Part shown: in pieces, positions 60,090-64,000 of the stretch
Numbering within the stretch: the stretch's first letter is position 1
Layout: each line of letters begins with the position of its first letter
Assembly: GCA_048013815.1 (NCBI GenBank)
Contig: CM106586.1
Coordinates: 6,820,001-6,884,000 of the forward strand
DNA from: Setoptus koraiensis
Taxonomy: Eukaryota; Animalia; Arthropoda
DNA length: 64,000 nucleotides
Direction of reading: 5' to 3'
Notes under the pieces: model-generated
The model's database searches: none
Told to the model about the DNA's origin: nothing
What the model saw: only the letters and a program-made list of their open reading frames with translations
Position numbers and translations under genes: made by a program

Positions 60090-61291
60090 AGCGCAGGTAA
60101 TTGGCACTGTCAGTGGTGCCGAATGACGCTTGGCACCACTGATCTCGTATGCCGCCTACCATATACTTATACGGTATACTTATACGGTATATGTTGCCGG
60201 TTGGGCTCACTTGTGTCACTGATCCTCCTGATCCGGCAGTGCCGCGGCTGCTACTGGATCAACTGAGCCGAGGCCCGAGAAACCGGGATAAGTCAAGATT
60301 GTCAGACGGCGCTGGCGAGCAGCGCCGATGACGTGCGACGCCATCGGGGCCAGATTACAAATTATTAGCGGACCAAACAAAGGCATTGTAACAACGGAGT
60401 TAATAGATATTAATTGAGTCGCGAGCCGGCGCGACTAGAGTGCGCTGGCGACACTTTATGACATGACAGTGAGCTGACACACAGTTGAGTTTGTTGCTGC
60501 AAATCGGGCCCATCGGGCCCCATTGCACACACATTGGATGTCAATGGCAAAGCGATAAATATTTGCTGACGTAATGGTGATTCCTTTTGGCGCTTGCTTT
60601 GCTTTATCCGTCGCTCTGGCTCTATCATCTGGCGACTCATACACACTTACAAAGCGTGAAACAGCGAGCGAGAATGGGAGCGAGCGAGGGAGATGGGGAG
60701 CGAGAAAGGCTGGCCCAACTAACGAGTTGGCATCATTAGCTTTTTGTCTCCTATGCTGCAAACACCAGCACCAGCAGCGACAATCACGAGCGGATAAATG
60801 TAGCATAAGTGATGTCCATTATTGACTATTGGCCCATTGTCATGGCTCGTGCCAGCTCGTGTGTGTCTTGTCGCTTGCTCGACACTGTAGGTGGCGCCAT
60901 GTTTTATTGCGCTGCAACCAGTGGGGCCCGTCGGTTGTCAGACGCACTGGCGGCGGCTCGCCTCAGTCTGCTGGCCCAGCTAGCCCCCACTAGCGGCCCC
61001 AGTTCGCCGCCAACCGACAGCCAACCGACTCGAATCGTGCCAGCGCAAGACGCAATCGTCCAATCAGTTCAACGTTGAACCGATCGCTGTCTTTTGGGCA
61101 ACGCGGCGCCTCGCGAGCCAAACCAGACTCCGGTTACCAGCGGCCGGCCGCGGCCCGAGACACTGGCCCGGCCTCGCTTGCTCTAGCTCGCCCGTTGGTC
61201 CCCGAAGCCGGATCCGCGAGCCTGTTTGAGGCCGTTCGAGGGCTGGCTGATTGACCCGGCCGCTTGTCGGGCCGGCAGCCGATGGTGGCAC

Positions 61292-61351
61292 CCGAGAGGG
61301 CAGCCGAGAGGGCAGCCGAGAGGGCAGCCGAGAGGGCAGCCGAGAGGGCAG
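61292..61351. repeat. 12-bp perfect tandem repeat (CCGAGAGGGCAG) x5
   Basis: Read directly. Confidence 0.95.
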
Positions 61352-62693
61352 GTGAAAAAGGCACTTTTCGCCATTGGCCCCGGCAGCAAAATGGCCAATA
61401 ATGCAGCTGAAACGCACACTAAAATACAACTGACACATCGCCAAAAGAGGCGCCGCATGCAAAAGATAGGCGCCGTCTAGACGTGAAAGTCGCGCCCCCT
61501 TGCGTCCGCCATCTAGCCAGCCTAATCCTGACCTTTTTTCGGTCAGGTCTGACGCTGAACGGGCGCCTTTGCGGCCCCAACAGGCGCTGGCATTTTCGCT
61601 GTGACAGCGCGCGGCGAGCGTGGCGCCACCATCCAAATAACGCCTCATAAAAACAAAACTAATATAATGTATCATAGAGGCCAGCGAGAGCGCGGCCCTT
61701 TGAGGCCCCGTCTGTAAGGCTCACGCCAGCTTGTGCATGTATAATAATAGCCATTAGCGACAGTGTCGGGGCCCCAATGTCCAGCCAGCGGCCCCGTTGT
61801 CGGCTGGCTGGCTGGATATTGGCGATATCGGGGGAAGGGGGGGGCAGCAGCGGCGGCGCATATAGCGGCCGAGGGGGCGCCGCTGGCCGGTGGATATTCG
61901 TGCCGACGGTCATTAGATTGGGCGCACGGGCTTGCGCGGCGACACTCACGCCAGCACGCGCTCGCTGTATCAACGGTACGGTCTGAATGTGACATGCAGT
62001 GCGGGGGTGACATACGCGCAAACGACACGCGAACAAGGCTGCCCGTTTCATTAGTAATAATAAATATACAGACGGGGCCCCATTGATACGAGCTCATGTA
62101 TAATCAATGGCGTTGTTGCGACGGCCAACGTTTGCCGTCTGGCGCGCGCTGCTCGCTTTGCGCGTGCCGCTGTGTGGCGCCCTGTCCGCTCGCGTCGCAC
62201 AATATGTGCCAATCAGCGCACTGTCCGGCCGCCGACGCTGCATAATACCGCCGGGCAATACCGGGCGAATACCGCGCACCCCCACCAAACAACCGACCAT
62301 TTACCGCTGCCGCTCAGCTATTATGGTCCGGCCAGCTCGGGATTGCTGCGGCCGCACGGATTATCCGCTGTGTGCGTCTTGCGCGCATCGCGATTTGCCA
62401 CCAGAAAAGGGGCCCCACAGCCAACGGTGCGCCCATTGGTCAGCTCGGTACTGGTCGGCTCGGTAGTGGTCAGCTCGGCTCGGCCAGCGGTCAGCGACCG
62501 GCCGCGCGAGCGCAGCGGTGGCCAGGCGGCACACGTGCCGCCCGCGCGGCCCGCCGACTGGATCAATATGGTCGGTCGGGCAAGATCCAGTGACCAGCGG
62601 CCAGTGGCCAGAGCTTTTCTCGCTTGCCAGTGCGCGCTGTGGTCACCGCAGGAGAAAGTCGACAAAGACACTTGTCATAACTCACGCACGTCG

Positions 62694-62860
62694 GTGTCGT
62701 CGTCGTTGTTATTGTCGCGGTTGTCGTGTTGTTGTTGTTGTTGCCGCTGCGGTTGTTGTTGTTGTCGCGGTTGTCGTTGTTGTTGTGTCGTTGTTGTTGT
62801 CGCTGCGGTTGTTGTTGCTGTCGTTGTCGTGTTGTTGTTGTGTTGTTGTTGTTGCTGTCG
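62694..62860. repeat. Compound (GTT/GTC/GCT)n tract
   Basis: Read directly; boundaries approximate. Confidence 0.88.
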
Positions 62861-64000
62861 CGGTTTTTGTAGTTGCAACCACCGATGTATTAGTAGTTGC
62901 ACATTGTATGCAAACTGTCAAGCTGGCCCCTGTTGTCGGCGCCAGCAAGCTAAATTAAATAGTTATTGCCGGCCAGTCTCACTGTCAGCTTATGCAATAT
63001 GGTTAAGCTGGCCGAAGTGAGTGTTGTGTGGCACGTAAACAGCGCCGCCAGACGGCCAGTCATTTGGAGTTGTGCACTTGTGTCCAAATAACTGCCGGTC
63101 CGCTGGTCGTGCACTGGTCACTAGTGGGCGCTGGTCGCGCACTGGTCACTCGTGGGCGCTGGCCACCAGCTCTGGTGGCCAGTGGAGGAGAGAAAATTTT
63201 TGCGCTTGGCTTGACAGCGGCCGACACAGCGACAAAGTGCACAAAGCCACAAAGCTGCAACTTATAGCGGGCGCCGGGCCCCAAACGGATCCTCTGAGCG
63301 ACAAGTGGCCGCTTAAGAGATCAAAATGGCGAAATGGCAGCGCCCGGCCTCAGTGGAGAGACTTAAAAACGCCATCGTGCCCGCGGACAAAATCAGCGGA
63401 CCAGCCGCAACAACAACAATGTCCGAATGTATGAATATTGGTCGGCCGACCGGGCCCAAATACAACCGTTGGCGTGGTAAAATAAAACCAGATTGTCATG
63501 GGGGCGCTCGCCAGAGAAAAAGCCCAGAAAAGTTGTTACGTTTGCGACTTTACCAGGCTGGCCAGTGGCACAGACAGCGCCAACAACGACAACAAATGCG
63601 ATAATAGCGACAGTGGCGAGCGGCTGTCATAGGAAACCGTTATGTGCTGGCGATGGGGGCCCGTCGGAACTGGCGCCACGAGTGGGGCCCGCGCTGGCCA
63701 CAACTGACCAGCTGGACAATGCGTGCGGCCCGCTCGCTCGCTCGTGATGATGCGCTGGCCGCCAATACGGACCGCGAGCCGCTGAATTCATTGGGCTCGG
63801 CTCGGCTCGGCTTAAAATGAACAATGTCATGAGATGAGATTTATGTTGCGTCACAACAGAGCGCACAACAACGTTAGAACGTGATTTTATTTTATCATGC
63901 AACCGCCGGCCGCCGCTATAACAGCCGGCCGCCATGTCGTGGCCGGAATATGAATCCCTCATCTCCTTTCATTTGTGCCCATCGTCGTTGTTCTGTTCTG

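Noticed and set aside
26000-64000. Hundreds of 60-280 aa ORFs in the ORF track, apart from Slo2 exon 1
   Set aside because: They overlap in several frames, are rich in R/A/G/P or in poly-C/L/V/T/Q from triplet tracts, and show no recognisable domains. This is expected from GC-rich, low-complexity DNA with few stop codons.

Overview
Eukaryotic (arthropod-like) DNA with two contrasting domains. Bases 1-18 kb are compact, AT-richer and gene-dense. They hold five apparently intronless genes: the 5' part of neurobeachin/rugose (minus, runs off the window), mRNA capping enzyme RNGTT (+), PUF60/half-pint (-), puromycin-sensitive aminopeptidase NPEPPS (+) and a SAC3D1-like gene (-), plus one orphan ORF. 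From 18,140 to 38,587 (minus) lies a Slo2/KCNT potassium channel gene. I rebuilt it by hand as 14 exons with GT-AG junctions and matching phases (6,213 nt, 2,070 aa), including an 11.35 kb first intron. From about 26 kb to the end the DNA is mostly non-coding and GC/CpG-rich, with many short tandem arrays, palindromes, hairpins and recurrent motifs. Wholesale intron loss suggests a streamlined genome such as an eriophyoid mite (inference only). I found no rRNA, tRNA, CRISPR array, transposase or prokaryotic system. The most notable signals are a perfect 40-bp intronic palindrome, clusters of TTACGTAA and GGGGCCCC, a Cys-rich post-SET-like motif in the channel N-terminus, a candidate extra upstream Slo2 exon, and the contrast in intron content. 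All counts were made by eye and need computational confirmation.
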